DNA of 64,000 nucleotides from positions 6,984 through 70,983 of the IMG/VR virus record IMGVR_UViG_3300021171_000012. One strand, 5' to 3'. Each line of letters opens with the position of its first letter. The first letter of the stretch is position 1. Below the pieces are notes generated by a model. That model searched no databases and was not told where the DNA came from. It saw nothing but the letters and a program-made list of their open reading frames with translations. This DNA comes from a virus. Positions 8,608-18,012 of this stretch are shown piece after piece. The position numbers and the translations under genes are program-made.

Positions 8608-11013
8608 CTAAGCTGCTCCCAATTGAAGCCACCGAGGGCCGCGACTCGGTCTACGACGTTTCTTTTTCGGCTTCGGCACCGCAGCGCCCTGGCTATACCA
8701 GTTTAAACCTGTTGCGGTTGAGATTGTGTCGGCCTTTTCGATGTCGTTCTGGCGAAGAACGACGGTCCCAACCCGCTGGTCTGCGATTGGCTGTTTCATG
8801 TCACCCGACTTTAGCCAAGATTTGAAATCACCGATGCTGATCTCTGTAACGGCCCAAATTCGCTCATGGCCATGACCGTCGAAATGCGACTTTAGATAGT
8901 CTTTGAGGGCTTTTTTAAGGCTATTATATCCGAGCATGACCTTGTGTTCGTCGAAACCTTTATTCGCACCTTGTGGGGTTACTTTATCCTGGTCTATAAC
9001 CCAGACGGTTGTAGACTTTGGGTGCTTGCCCAAGTAGACGTCGACTTGCATATTGTCGGCGCCGAGGGTTCCTCGAATATAACCGTAGGCGGTTGGCATT
9101 TTAACTTGCCACTTCTTCCCACTTTGATCTTTCTCACCTCGGTAGGAGCCTTTTTCATTCTCGATAGAGATGTTCAATCCTTGAATCCAGATATGACCCT
9201 TCTTATAGTTCCCAACGTGCTGAACAAGGTGGCTTACCCTGTCTATATCGCCTTCAGATTCCGCAGCTGCGTGCCGAACGTCGCTATAACTGACCTTGAA
9301 TAGGAGGTCATCAATCCATTTTGAGACTGTTGTCGGTGTCGGGGTTGCATTTCGCGGTTTTGGGGGACCTCTTTGCGGGACATTGTTCGCTGGCGGACCT
9401 TCAGTCTTGACATTTCCGCCTCCGTCGCCGGGTTTCGCAGCGCCCATACCGCCCTGAACAGGCATTGCGTCGCCCTGCGCTGCGTTTTTCAGGGGAATAA
9501 CTGCATTGCCGACTTGTATCGTATAAATGTCGCCATACTGAATTGGCTCTAGACCCTCGACCTCCCGCGCCTCGTTCCTCGACATCTCTCCCGACTTGAT
9601 CTTTATGTCATGGATTTTGGCTTGTTTCTCCAAATCGGGTTCCGGTCTTGGTAGGAAGACGAACTCGATGTCATCGTAACCAAATCTATCTTGGATAATT
9701 GGATCAATTATGTCGTCCTTCCAGAACGACATAAGCGGATAAAGACCCTCTTCCTCTGCCATCTGCTGAGCATTCTGCGCCGTCGAACGATTGAGCATCC
9801 GAACAAACGGTGCTGGCGAAACTGAATAGGCATAGCAGGCAAGTCGGATAAGAGTTTCATCGCGCTGAGACCACAGACTCTCACCTGAAGAGTTCTTAAT
9901 GTCAAAAGGCTTCATTCCACCAGGAAGGAACCGAACTTTCGACTTTAGACGCAGATTACCGCTCAACATTGCGTCGAAATGGGCCTGAAACATCGCAATT
10001 TGGCGCGGCGACCATTGATCTGGTACAGTGACTACTAAGTCGGGGATCGTTCCCTCGGCCCAGAAGTTCAGCTGATAGAAGGTCTTCCGAACCGCTTCCG
10101 ACGCTTCAACGAGAATCTGCTCCGTCGCTGGATAGCCGAACATTGGCATCTCTGGTCGGGGCCGCATCGGACAATAGAGGATCTCACTCTCGTCGAGATC
10201 CACCATCGGAAGGCCCTTGATTATCTGTTGGAAGGCCGGCTGTCGTTTGAGGTATTCAATCCCGTTTGAGTCGATTTCGACAATAGAATCAGGCCGTCTA
10301 CCGGCGTCGTCGATAAGGGGAAAGATAGTTTGTCCAGATAGCACTTCCGCGGTAAGAGGGCGTCCAGCACGGTCCCTTGCAAAATAGATGCAAGGAGCAT
10401 CGAGTATGAGCAAGTCATCGGTTAGCTTTCGGCTCCATTGACTATAAGACAATTTACCGTCGGGTTTCCTGAAGAACTTTCGCATTTCGTCGACGGCTTT
10501 CGACGACTGTCGAGGTTTATCGCGACGCTGAATGGTCCAGGGGATTCGTAACAACTGATCTTGGCGTGTTGCGATGATCGTAGCCAACACCCCCCACGTC
10601 CGAGCCATGCCCTTAAGCATAGCCATAAGTTCCATTCGAGGCTGGATATAGTTTAAGTTATATCCAACTGGAAAATCCCACTCCCTAGGCCGATTGACAT
10701 AGGGCGGTCCAAAGGGCCAAATAGGTTGAAATGGACTGTACCAATTTGCACCCATATCAACGTCGTCGATCCAAGGATCGGGTTGATCGGGGCGCTCATT
10801 TGTGTATTTGGAGTTAGATAGTCCGCCAGTGTTACCAGGCGCAGGGAGGCCAATATTACCGCCAGGACCGTATCCGGGTCGGTTAGCAGGGACTCCGGTA
10901 TGACCTAGCATTCCCATTCCAGGAGAAATTGGCGTCTGCGCCCCGCCGCGCGCGGGGGACTTCTTTAGCTCTTCCTGTCGTCGCCACTCATGGAAGGAGA
11001 GATCACGACTCAT
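8608..11013 (-). CDS. Portal protein with a C-terminal inorganic-pyrophosphatase-like (InPase) domain
   Basis: Follows TerL. Portal core (DLLILDA..., FWAEGTIP..., EMSRNEAREVEGLEPI) to about aa 500, Pro/Gly linker, then GNYKKGH..IQGLNISIENEKGSYR...YGYIRGT.GAD...VDVYLG...FDEHKVMLG. Confidence 0.85.
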   Translation of the reverse strand: MSRDLSFHEWRRQEELKKSPARGGAQTPISPGMGMLGHTGVPANRPGYGPGGNIGLPAPGNTGGLSNSKYTNERPDQPDPWIDDVDMGANWYSPFQPIWPFGPPYVNRPREWDFPVGYNLNYIQPRMELMAMLKGMARTWGVLATIIATRQDQLLRIPWTIQRRDKPRQSSKAVDEMRKFFRKPDGKLSYSQWSRKLTDDLLILDAPCIYFARDRAGRPLTAEVLSGQTIFPLIDDAGRRPDSIVEIDSNGIEYLKRQPAFQQIIKGLPMVDLDESEILYCPMRPRPEMPMFGYPATEQILVEASEAVRKTFYQLNFWAEGTIPDLVVTVPDQWSPRQIAMFQAHFDAMLSGNLRLKSKVRFLPGGMKPFDIKNSSGESLWSQRDETLIRLACYAYSVSPAPFVRMLNRSTAQNAQQMAEEEGLYPLMSFWKDDIIDPIIQDRFGYDDIEFVFLPRPEPDLEKQAKIHDIKIKSGEMSRNEAREVEGLEPIQYGDIYTIQVGNAVIPLKNAAQGDAMPVQGGMGAAKPGDGGGNVKTEGPPANNVPQRGPPKPRNATPTPTTVSKWIDDLLFKVSYSDVRHAAAESEGDIDRVSHLVQHVGNYKKGHIWIQGLNISIENEKGSYRGEKDQSGKKWQVKMPTAYGYIRGTLGADNMQVDVYLGKHPKSTTVWVIDQDKVTPQGANKGFDEHKVMLGYNSLKKALKDYLKSHFDGHGHERIWAVTEISIGDFKSWLKSGDMKQPIADQRVGTVVLRQNDIEKADTISTATGLNWYSQGAAVPKPKKKRRRPSRGPRWLQLGAA

Positions 11014-11237
11014 CAGTTAATCACCAGCTCGACTTGGGCGTTGATCGTCTCTCGCTTTGCCCAAGACTTTATCTTGCGTTCTAACTTGCGAGGAATTTTC
11101 GGTAATAGACATTTGTCTAACGACACCGCAACGGGATGTGGGGCAAGGCCAATTACGATTGCTTGCGGACCATTCTTCCCCGGTCCATAACCGACTATCA
11201 CTGCGGGCTGGCCATCTATTTTGATATAGAGTTTCAC
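11013..11237 (-). CDS. Hypothetical protein
   Basis: 74 aa, overlapping start/stop with both neighbours. Confidence 0.5.
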   Translation of the reverse strand: MKLYIKIDGQPAVIVGYGPGKNGPQAIVIGLAPHPVAVSLDKCLLPKIPRKLERKIKSWAKRETINAQVELVIN

Positions 11238-11524
11238 AACATGCGCCGCTGGGTAGCGATTTTCGTAATATTTTCGTCCTTAAACCAAAGAGGTCGGGCG
11301 AATGGGGCAGAGAGCGGAATTGTCTGTCGTTCTACTGGCACCGTATATGCAGGTCGAGGGCCTTGCTTATAGCTAAAGGTTAGCTTGCCGATAAGCCTAG
11401 CTCGGCGCTCTTTGATTGACGAATAACTACGACCCAACTCTGCTGCGAGACCTTCACCGTTTCCGTGTCGCCAATTTAGAATTGCCCGATCTTCAGCTTC
11501 GGTATAAGCACGTCCTTTTGCCAT
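11234..11524 (-). CDS. Small HTH (Myb/GcrA-like) DNA-binding protein
   Basis: Likely ATG overlaps the TerL stop (TAATG); YTEAEDRAIL...LAAELGRSYSSIKERRARL. Confidence 0.55.
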   Translation of the reverse strand: MAKGRAYTEAEDRAILNWRHGNGEGLAAELGRSYSSIKERRARLIGKLTFSYKQGPRPAYTVPVERQTIPLSAPFARPLWFKDENITKIATQRRML

Positions 11525-13011
11525 TAGGCTGCTAACCTCCCACCACGAATGGTGCATTCTGGGTGCCAAACAGAGAAGCCGTCGCTGACTCTCGTTGGTC
11601 CTTTAATCTCAACACCGCAACGGGCACACTTTGTCGCCTGGGGTTCATATTGTTTCATGGTTTCATTATAGAGGTTTGTTAGTTCGTTGTCGAAGATTTC
11701 CTCCTTCGTTAGGAGGGCTCGTGCAAATTCACGTCCAATTCCTTGTTCGGGAATAGTAATGTCGGACTCGGACATAGCTTGAGCGCGCTTTGCCTCACCC
11801 GCGTAAAACTCCATCAAGTTTGCGCCGGGCGCGGTTGTCGACAATTGTTCGCGAGCGAGGGCAAGAGAGCAGACACAGTCATCAAATAGTCCTTCCGGCG
11901 CGGTATAGCGTACTCCGGTCCGTGTTAGCTCATACTCGAAGCTCTCAAGCTCGGACCGAATAACCCCACTAGGGAAGTGAATCTCTTGGCCCTGAATCGA
12001 AACCGCAAGACCCTCCATAAGACGCTGCTTCGAGAGCGGAGAGAAGTGGTATCCGACGAAGTTACCATGCCCGACTTGGAGTTCTTCCAAGATTGGGTCG
12101 CCGATTCCAGTAGAATCGACTAGCGCAGGAACATCCTCTCCAATTATGTCCCAAATTCGTTTAATCGACTCGCGCCAGGGAATGTTGTTCCAGCGTTGAA
12201 AAACACAGACAAAACCATCCTCATCTAGGCCGATCACAACTAGATAGTCGTGCTTCTTAGCGAGGTCGATTCCGAAGGCCACCGCCGGCTTTTCGCTAAG
12301 TCGATTAACCGTGCATTTAGCGATATGGTCTAAGCCAAACGGATTACCCGAGTCATCGCTTGGCTCGGCCATGTAGAGTTCTTTGAAGACATTCTCCGGG
12401 AGCGTCCTTCGGGCGTCCTCAAGCTCAGACTGTGGAATAACGCCAGCTTCGATTGCGTCAAGAACGGTTATCTTGACGTACTTCATGTTTGAGTTGGGGT
12501 TGTTCGCCATCTCGCTCTGGGCAAGGCGGCTAAGATCGTAGAACCAGTTCTTACGACCTTTAACGTTTCCAATGATGCGAACGGGGCCGCCGGTCGCGGT
12601 CAGGGTTGAGCGCAGGGCGTGCCAAGATTCGGCTTTGCAACGACTTGCCTCATCCACCACCGCCGCGAAAACATCCTCGCCGAATAGCGAATCGGGATTG
12701 TCGGCGCTCTTGAAAGAGATCGTAGCGCCAGTTATTAGACGAATAGTCGGAGTAGGAGATTCCCTCGCTACAAAGGAACCTACCGTTAAATTTGCTTTAA
12801 TACGCCGAAAAGCAATGTCTGCTTGGGGAGCTATTGGTGCAACCCACCAATAGTTCATATTGTCCTTACCGGCAAAGGCTTGTTCGAGAATCCAGGCAAT
12901 TGCCCCTACCGTCTTGCCCGATTTCGTGCTCGCCTCTGTCAGAACATACCTAATGGGAACGAAAAACGCATCATGTTGCTTTGGATAGAGATAAGGTCGA
13001 ACGTATTCCAT
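11524..13011 (-). CDS. terL: Terminase large subunit
   Basis: Q-motif LYPKQ, Walker A ASTKSGKT, Walker B AVVDEA, nuclease motifs GIDLAK and DDCVCSLALA; extra C-terminal CxxC...HxxC tail. Confidence 0.92.
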   Translation of the reverse strand: MEYVRPYLYPKQHDAFFVPIRYVLTEASTKSGKTVGAIAWILEQAFAGKDNMNYWWVAPIAPQADIAFRRIKANLTVGSFVARESPTPTIRLITGATISFKSADNPDSLFGEDVFAAVVDEASRCKAESWHALRSTLTATGGPVRIIGNVKGRKNWFYDLSRLAQSEMANNPNSNMKYVKITVLDAIEAGVIPQSELEDARRTLPENVFKELYMAEPSDDSGNPFGLDHIAKCTVNRLSEKPAVAFGIDLAKKHDYLVVIGLDEDGFVCVFQRWNNIPWRESIKRIWDIIGEDVPALVDSTGIGDPILEELQVGHGNFVGYHFSPLSKQRLMEGLAVSIQGQEIHFPSGVIRSELESFEYELTRTGVRYTAPEGLFDDCVCSLALAREQLSTTAPGANLMEFYAGEAKRAQAMSESDITIPEQGIGREFARALLTKEEIFDNELTNLYNETMKQYEPQATKCARCGVEIKGPTRVSDGFSVWHPECTIRGGRLAA

Positions 13012-13013
13012 CA

Positions 13014-13050
13014 GACTCCAGGAACTTACTATCGACTCCAGGAACTTACT
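13014..13050. repeat. 17-bp direct repeat x2 (GACTCCAGGAACTTACT) over the terL RBS
   Basis: Copies at 13014-13030 and 13034-13050. Confidence 0.85.
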
Positions 13051-13071
13051 TTAGGAACCTAGAACACCGAC

Positions 13072-13109
13072 AAAAAATGGACGGAAGATCCTAGGGAACC
13101 TCCCGTCCA
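13072..13109 (-). terminator. Intrinsic terminator in the leader upstream of terL
   Basis: Minus strand TGGACGGGAG-N12-CTTCCGTCCA followed by TTTTTT. Confidence 0.75.
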
Positions 13110-13170
13110 AGTAACAACCCCACCGAAAAGCCCCGGAGCGCCGCAGGGGCGCATCAAACGAGGCTATCGG

Positions 13171-13199
13171 AGCGTCCCATAAGGATTGAAAGAATGCAA
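13171..13199 (-). promoter_or_regulatory. Candidate sigma70-type late promoter
   Basis: Minus strand TTGCAT-N17-GACGCT in the intergenic region upstream of the terminator. Confidence 0.4.
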
Positions 13200-13215
13200 G
13201 GGGTTTCTGCTCTGT

Positions 13216-13671
13216 TCACGTTATGTTTTGGAGCGCGAAGGCTATCCGGCATACCTTTACAGGATCGGCTTTCGCTACGACTTCCCTAAGTCCTTTAGCG
13301 TGCCAATTTCGTACAGTTTGACGATCTGTATGGAGAAGTTCCGCGATTCTAGTCCATTTGTAAAGGTAGCGATGATTTACTGGGTGAACTAATGCGCGCA
13401 CATGTAAAACGCGGCGGGTGTATATGTCCTTGCAGACACTTGGAAATGTAAGTATTTCGTCAACAAGAGGAATTTCGTCCTTAGATGGCGCCGAGGCACG
13501 AAGTGGGGCGATTTTACGAAACTCTAGAACCTGAAATGTTTCTTGCGAGAACTCGGGCCAATAGACTTTATAATTCGCTGGGCCTATTCGACCTCCGGGC
13601 ATTGCGATAAGTCGGGCGCCGGCCCACTCTAGCCATACTCGAAGCTCGTCGGGAGTTAACCTATAGCTCAT
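13216..13671 (-). CDS. DUF6362-like protein, putative late-gene regulator/antiterminator
   Basis: WLEWAG..L..MP...YWPE...APSKDEI...W..IA..L C-terminal HTH; sits directly upstream of the late leader. Confidence 0.55.
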   Translation of the reverse strand: MSYRLTPDELRVWLEWAGARLIAMPGGRIGPANYKVYWPEFSQETFQVLEFRKIAPLRASAPSKDEIPLVDEILTFPSVCKDIYTRRVLHVRALVHPVNHRYLYKWTRIAELLHTDRQTVRNWHAKGLREVVAKADPVKVCRIAFALQNIT

Positions 13672-14120
13672 AGAACCACCGAATTCGATTCGAGCCACTG
13701 GAATAGCGGGGAGGTTCCAGCCATCAGTAAGCCTAGGCGCGGTGAAGGGGCTTCCGGTGTTAGGCGCTTTACGACAACTAGAGGTTCTGTATCGCAGCCA
13801 AGGGCTTTCGATACAACGGGGCAGTAGAGAGTCTTTAGCTTAACTAATGCTGCGGGAACCCAGGTGTATTTGACCTCGATCACATAGGTTATACAAAGCT
13901 CGTCGTCATGGAGAAGAATGTCGGGCGCACACGCGGAGCGATTACCCTCCCCGTCGACATAGAAAAACCACGGTTGATATTCGACCTGGAACTTACTGCC
14001 GACTGTTTCGCGCAGCGTCTTAATGAAGCGGCGTTCGTAGCGAAGTCCAAGAACGATTCCAGGTTGCTGAGAGCGGGAAGGTCGGTGGATCTTCGGAGCA
14101 CGGGTGGCTGATATAATCAT
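13668..14120 (-). CDS. PD-(D/E)xK nuclease-family protein
   Basis: G..YE...APDILL...VIEVK motif; ATGA overlaps on both sides. Confidence 0.6.
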   Translation of the reverse strand: MIISATRAPKIHRPSRSQQPGIVLGLRYERRFIKTLRETVGSKFQVEYQPWFFYVDGEGNRSACAPDILLHDDELCITYVIEVKYTWVPAALVKLKTLYCPVVSKALGCDTEPLVVVKRLTPEAPSPRLGLLMAGTSPLFQWLESNSVVL

Positions 14121-14557
14121 GGCGGTGGAAACAGCTTGCCAATGTAGGTAACCCAGAAGTACCCGTCTGCCATTGGACCGATAATTCCACAATTATTCGG
14201 ATGTGGGTCGTGAATTATCTTATCGTTGTATCCAACAACCGTGTGGCCAGCGCCGCGACCTGCATCTCCTCCAAGTAGATAGTACGCATTAGGGCAATTA
14301 TGGGCAATAGAAGCTAACAAGGTATCTAGGCCGTCGGTGCCAACATATGGAACAATAATGGGAACATACCCTAGTGTGGCTAGAAACCCCCTCTGACGAC
14401 GCTCAAATTCTTCACCCTCAAGCGGTCCGAGACCATCCATAAAGTGAGGAACGTCTAGAATTGGAAGATCTAGAATAGACGCTAAGGCAGCACGATGGCA
14501 ATCGCCATAAAGTCCATTAGCTGGACTATGTGGAAATAGCTGCTTCTGCGGTGTCAC
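14117..14557 (-). CDS. Conserved phage protein, papain/C39-like Cys-His-Asp pattern
   Basis: GDCHRAALASIL...GHTVVG...IIHDPHP. Confidence 0.5.
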   Translation of the reverse strand: MTPQKQLFPHSPANGLYGDCHRAALASILDLPILDVPHFMDGLGPLEGEEFERRQRGFLATLGYVPIIVPYVGTDGLDTLLASIAHNCPNAYYLLGGDAGRGAGHTVVGYNDKIIHDPHPNNCGIIGPMADGYFWVTYIGKLFPPP

Positions 14558-15156
14558 TCGACCGACTCCACTTTCGGCGTTATGTCCTTCGCATTATCGC
14601 CGAGTTCTTTCGGGCGAAGATCCTGTCTTCCGATGTTGAAGGTTATTTGCGTTGGTGGCGCGGAGGTCGGGGTTGCTTGTTTCGGTGGAGCGACTGTCCG
14701 ATCAGCGCCGGCTGTAGCGAGCTGACGAAGTTCGCTTACAGGAATGGAGATCCTACCGTCCTCCGCCTTCTCAAGCTCACCGTCGATAAGGTCGAGCGCC
14801 CGCTCTGACATGTCGAGGAATTTTGCCTGAACGCGTTGGGCGTCAGAGATGTTCGCCTCACTGATTTGATCTTGGTAATAGGCTTTCAGGTGTTGAAAGG
14901 CAGGGTCTTGGCGGTCGAGGTCGCCGATGCGCTGCGCGGTGTAGCCTGTCGCGATAGCTGTATCTTCGATAGAGCGCCCCGCCGCTAACATGCGCGCGGC
15001 GGTGTGGTGAATTGACCGAAGCTTTTTCAAAACAGGCACACCGATGCGCTCCCGCGGTTCGGTTGCGAGTTTTAGAATATCCCCCGAAGTCAGTTCACGC
15101 TCGACGGACATTAGAAGAGTCACTCCGGGCCGACCGCGAGAGGGGAGAAAGGGCAT
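14554..15156 (-). CDS. HTH protein, possible terminase small subunit
   Basis: HHTAARMLAAGRSIEDTAIATGYTAQRI HTH, helical core, C-terminal QITFNIG strand; upstream of terL. Confidence 0.45.
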   Translation of the reverse strand: MPFLPSRGRPGVTLLMSVERELTSGDILKLATEPRERIGVPVLKKLRSIHHTAARMLAAGRSIEDTAIATGYTAQRIGDLDRQDPAFQHLKAYYQDQISEANISDAQRVQAKFLDMSERALDLIDGELEKAEDGRISIPVSELRQLATAGADRTVAPPKQATPTSAPPTQITFNIGRQDLRPKELGDNAKDITPKVESVE

Positions 15157-15168
15157 TAGAGTTCCTAA

Positions 15169-15405
15169 CTATGCTGCTAGAGAAGGAGTCCATTCATAGC
15201 TAATGGACTCTTTCCCTATTACGACATGCTTCGCGTGGGCCTCCGGGAGAAGGGAACTCGGTTTGGTCTGCTCCGTCGAGAGAATGCCCTCGACGAACCA
15301 AACGAGCGCCGGGCGCCGAGTGCTCTTATAGGAAGTAACTGTTTTGACAAAAACCGAGCGCCATGCGCTGAGTTCCTTAAAGTCTGAAGTCTTAGACATT
15401 GCCAT
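15169..15405 (-). CDS. Hypothetical protein
   Basis: 78 aa from ATG 15405 with AAGGA RBS; ends SLAA. Confidence 0.4.
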   Translation of the reverse strand: MAMSKTSDFKELSAWRSVFVKTVTSYKSTRRPALVWFVEGILSTEQTKPSSLLPEAHAKHVVIGKESISYEWTPSLAA

Positions 15406-15524
15406 GATCCTTATACGGGTGAAGAACGATTGACAAAATAGTGAAAAAGTTTGGATTTTTCGGTAAGGGGGTGGTGCGGGACTCGAATACTTGAAGTCTG
15501 ATTGAGGCTCCAACGGGGTGCGGG

Positions 15525-15570
15525 GGTGTTGCGACACGGGCAACGCTCTAGTCGCTCGCATCGCAACACC
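15525..15570. other. Stem-loop downstream of 15594..16193
   Basis: GGTGTTGCGA (15525-15534) pairs with TCGCAACACC (15561-15570); no clear U tract. Confidence 0.45.
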
Positions 15571-15593
15571 TATTGCGTTAGTCGTTACGCTCT

Positions 15594-16193
15594 TTACAAT
15601 TCCATAACCGCATCGGTTTTCGGGGCGGCCTTGGCGCGCTTGCGCTCTTTCGCGGGAATTACGCTTTTCCCGTCTTCGATTGCCGAGGCGATGATCGCGT
15701 CGAACAGATCCTTTCGACGCGCCTCACCCGTGGCGGTAACGGCCGTCGCACGTGCGGCCTTTTCTTCCTTGGTTGCCTTTTCCCCGAGCTCGCCATACCG
15801 CGCGGCGATCCGGTCGGCGATCTCATCGAAATATACCGACTCAAACGCATCCTTTTCCTTCGCGCTCGGTATGCTCGCGCCGCTCATCGCCTGAGCAACG
15901 CTTTCGACCAACGCCTTACCGTCGGTGTTCTGCCCGACGCGGTTCACGGCAAATTCGTAGATCGCCTGAAACGCAAAGGGCTGAAACGGTTCGGCAAGGT
16001 GAGCGAAGCCAACGGGTGCAGGAATGGGATAGAGCCGACCATCGTTGGCTCCCCACACCTGTCCATTGTGAACGCCACACTTGCGAAGCGCAGCGGATTT
16101 CAACCACGCTTCGTGATCGGCATTGGTATCGTTCGCATCCTTGCGAAGCGCGTCAACGTCGGTCAAGCGGCCAGCATGAACTGATTGTGCCAT
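15594..16193 (-). CDS. Hypothetical protein
   Basis: 199 aa, GAGGA RBS, basic tail ending DAVMEL. Confidence 0.65.
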   Translation of the reverse strand: MAQSVHAGRLTDVDALRKDANDTNADHEAWLKSAALRKCGVHNGQVWGANDGRLYPIPAPVGFAHLAEPFQPFAFQAIYEFAVNRVGQNTDGKALVESVAQAMSGASIPSAKEKDAFESVYFDEIADRIAARYGELGEKATKEEKAARATAVTATGEARRKDLFDAIIASAIEDGKSVIPAKERKRAKAAPKTDAVMEL

Positions 16194-16610
16194 GATCTAG
16201 TTCCTCGTTTGGGGTTTTCGTAAATCCGCAGTGCGCTGCGCCTCATTTAGGTATGGCAGTAAAGACCCTTGCCGCGCAAGCGCGTGAAGGGCTGCCCGCT
16301 TCTGCCTCGGAACCTGCCTTGGGCAGGTGTTGGGGAGAACCCAACGATCTAAATAATGCGCCCGCGCGCGAGGGATTGCAAGCGCGGCGAGAGGAAAAAC
16401 GCGCTGCGAGCTACGCAAAGATTGCATGGCTCATTTGGCCTATCGCGCCCGGCGCTCGATCTCACGCATAGCTCGATGGCTTGCAAAGTCGGGAGAACGA
16501 TCCCAGCGAGCTAAGGCGCGATAGTAAGTAGAATAGTAAGTACGACAATCGGGTTGATATGATTATCGGGGTGTGGGTGCGAGGTTGTGAGACGATCTAG
16601 TGGCTTTGAT

Positions 16611-16705
16611 GGGCATACACTTTGCTTCTGACTATCTTCTTATATAGTATAAAAAAAAAATATATAAGAAGAAGAGTCTATAGTCAGTTCGATAAAGGTA
16701 TGCCC
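16611..16705. repeat. Long imperfect inverted repeat centred on A10 at the transcription divergence point (candidate origin/terminus)
   Basis: GGGCATAC/GTATGCCC, CTGACTAT/ATAGTCAG and CTTCTTATATA/TATATAAGAAG arms around A10 (16651-16660). Confidence 0.7.
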
Positions 16706-16842
16706 CTTTAGGCTGATCCAAATACAAATCAAACAAACCATTTGAAAACCAAACAAACACCCGTTACTCTACTTGCACACCACTTACCATATCACCCTGT
16801 TAATCCTACTCACAATCAAACTTACTAAAGGAAACCCAAGTC

Positions 16843-17229
16843 ATGCCAGGCAAACCAGCCCGCTTCATCCCCGGCGCGATCTTTGGACAATTACGAGTGC
16901 TGTCCCGCCGCATGAGTCCATACGGCGTTTTACAGAACAGAGTCACTGTTGAGTGCTCTTGTGGGAATGTCATAGAAGTAACAACGCCAGCGCTCGCCGC
17001 TGGTAAGACCGACTGCGGCTGCTCTAAGCGTGGAGCTGTTGTTGACGATGCCTTGAATTGGACTTGGAAGAACATAATGGACCGAAACCACGATCGAGTC
17101 TGTAGTAGATGGCAAGACTTCAACAACTTCTATACTGACATGAATCCACGCCCAGAAGGAACAAAACTTTCTCTAAAGAATAAAGACGGACTATACGAGC
17201 CCGATAATTGCTTCTGGGAGGAAATATAA
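16843..17229 (+). CDS. HNH homing-endonuclease-like protein, degenerate active site
   Basis: FGQLRV...CSCGN...GKTDCGC, VCSRWQDFNNFYTDM..RP, YEPDNCFW; the usual SIDRID motif is replaced by LSLKNK. Confidence 0.7.
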   Translation: MPGKPARFIPGAIFGQLRVLSRRMSPYGVLQNRVTVECSCGNVIEVTTPALAAGKTDCGCSKRGAVVDDALNWTWKNIMDRNHDRVCSRWQDFNNFYTDMNPRPEGTKLSLKNKDGLYEPDNCFWEEI

Positions 17230-17810
17230 TGCCCATTACACAAGCTCGAATGCTTGAGGTCGTAACGGCTGCATCAAAGATTCTAGACCATGCAAAATCT
17301 ATAGCCGACGAGACTAAGTTCATTAGACAAAACCAAGTTCAACACGCAATCAATACTATGAGCGCCGAGGTCAACCTAGACATAGAAAACAATCCGCGCG
17401 ACAAGATCATATACGAGCAATTCAAAAGCGTCTTAGACGTAATAGATCAGATAGTAGAGAAAACAAACAATATAATAGATTTTAAAACCCTATTGATAAT
17501 CGGAAAAGAACAATCCCATTTCGCCGCGCGAGGAAAAAGCAACGACTGGGCTCGAGAGCATCGAAGAAAAAAGCGTAACGAAACAGCAAGTTCCAATTCA
17601 GGACTACCATTAAATCTATTCGATAACGTGCTAGAAGTTCTAGATGTAGAACCGCAAACCGCAGCAGAGATCATAAACAACATGGACGAGTCAGTCTCAA
17701 TCACCCTAGACGAGGTTCAATACATTCTAAACGATCTCGCAACCCAAGGGCGAATTTCTAAAGTCGGTTCAGATTCTTGGAAGATCATGAGCGCAGCAGT
17801 CGAGATATGA
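17229..17810 (+). CDS. Hypothetical protein with a C-terminal winged helix
   Basis: PQTAAEII...LDEVQYILNDLATQGRISKVGSDSW. Confidence 0.55.
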   Translation: MPITQARMLEVVTAASKILDHAKSIADETKFIRQNQVQHAINTMSAEVNLDIENNPRDKIIYEQFKSVLDVIDQIVEKTNNIIDFKTLLIIGKEQSHFAARGKSNDWAREHRRKKRNETASSNSGLPLNLFDNVLEVLDVEPQTAAEIINNMDESVSITLDEVQYILNDLATQGRISKVGSDSWKIMSAAVEI

Positions 17811-17919
17811 GATCCGACACGCGCTGCGCGCCACCCCGCGTTGCGATTTTCGCAATTAATTAGGGGCTTAAAATTGCAACCCGCTGAAATCGCTCAAAAC
17901 TCCATTGCGATCTCTCGGC

Positions 17920-17948
17920 TTGATCGAAGGCATACCTTGTGATACACT
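17920..17948 (+). promoter_or_regulatory. Candidate sigma70 early promoter
   Basis: TTGATC-N17-TACACT in an intergenic region; GGCATAC in the spacer. Confidence 0.55.
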
Positions 17949-18012
17949 GAAAATAAAAATCGTAAAGCTTAAACCGACGTTGCGAACCTAAACCTCAGAT
18001 GGGACGTGTAAC

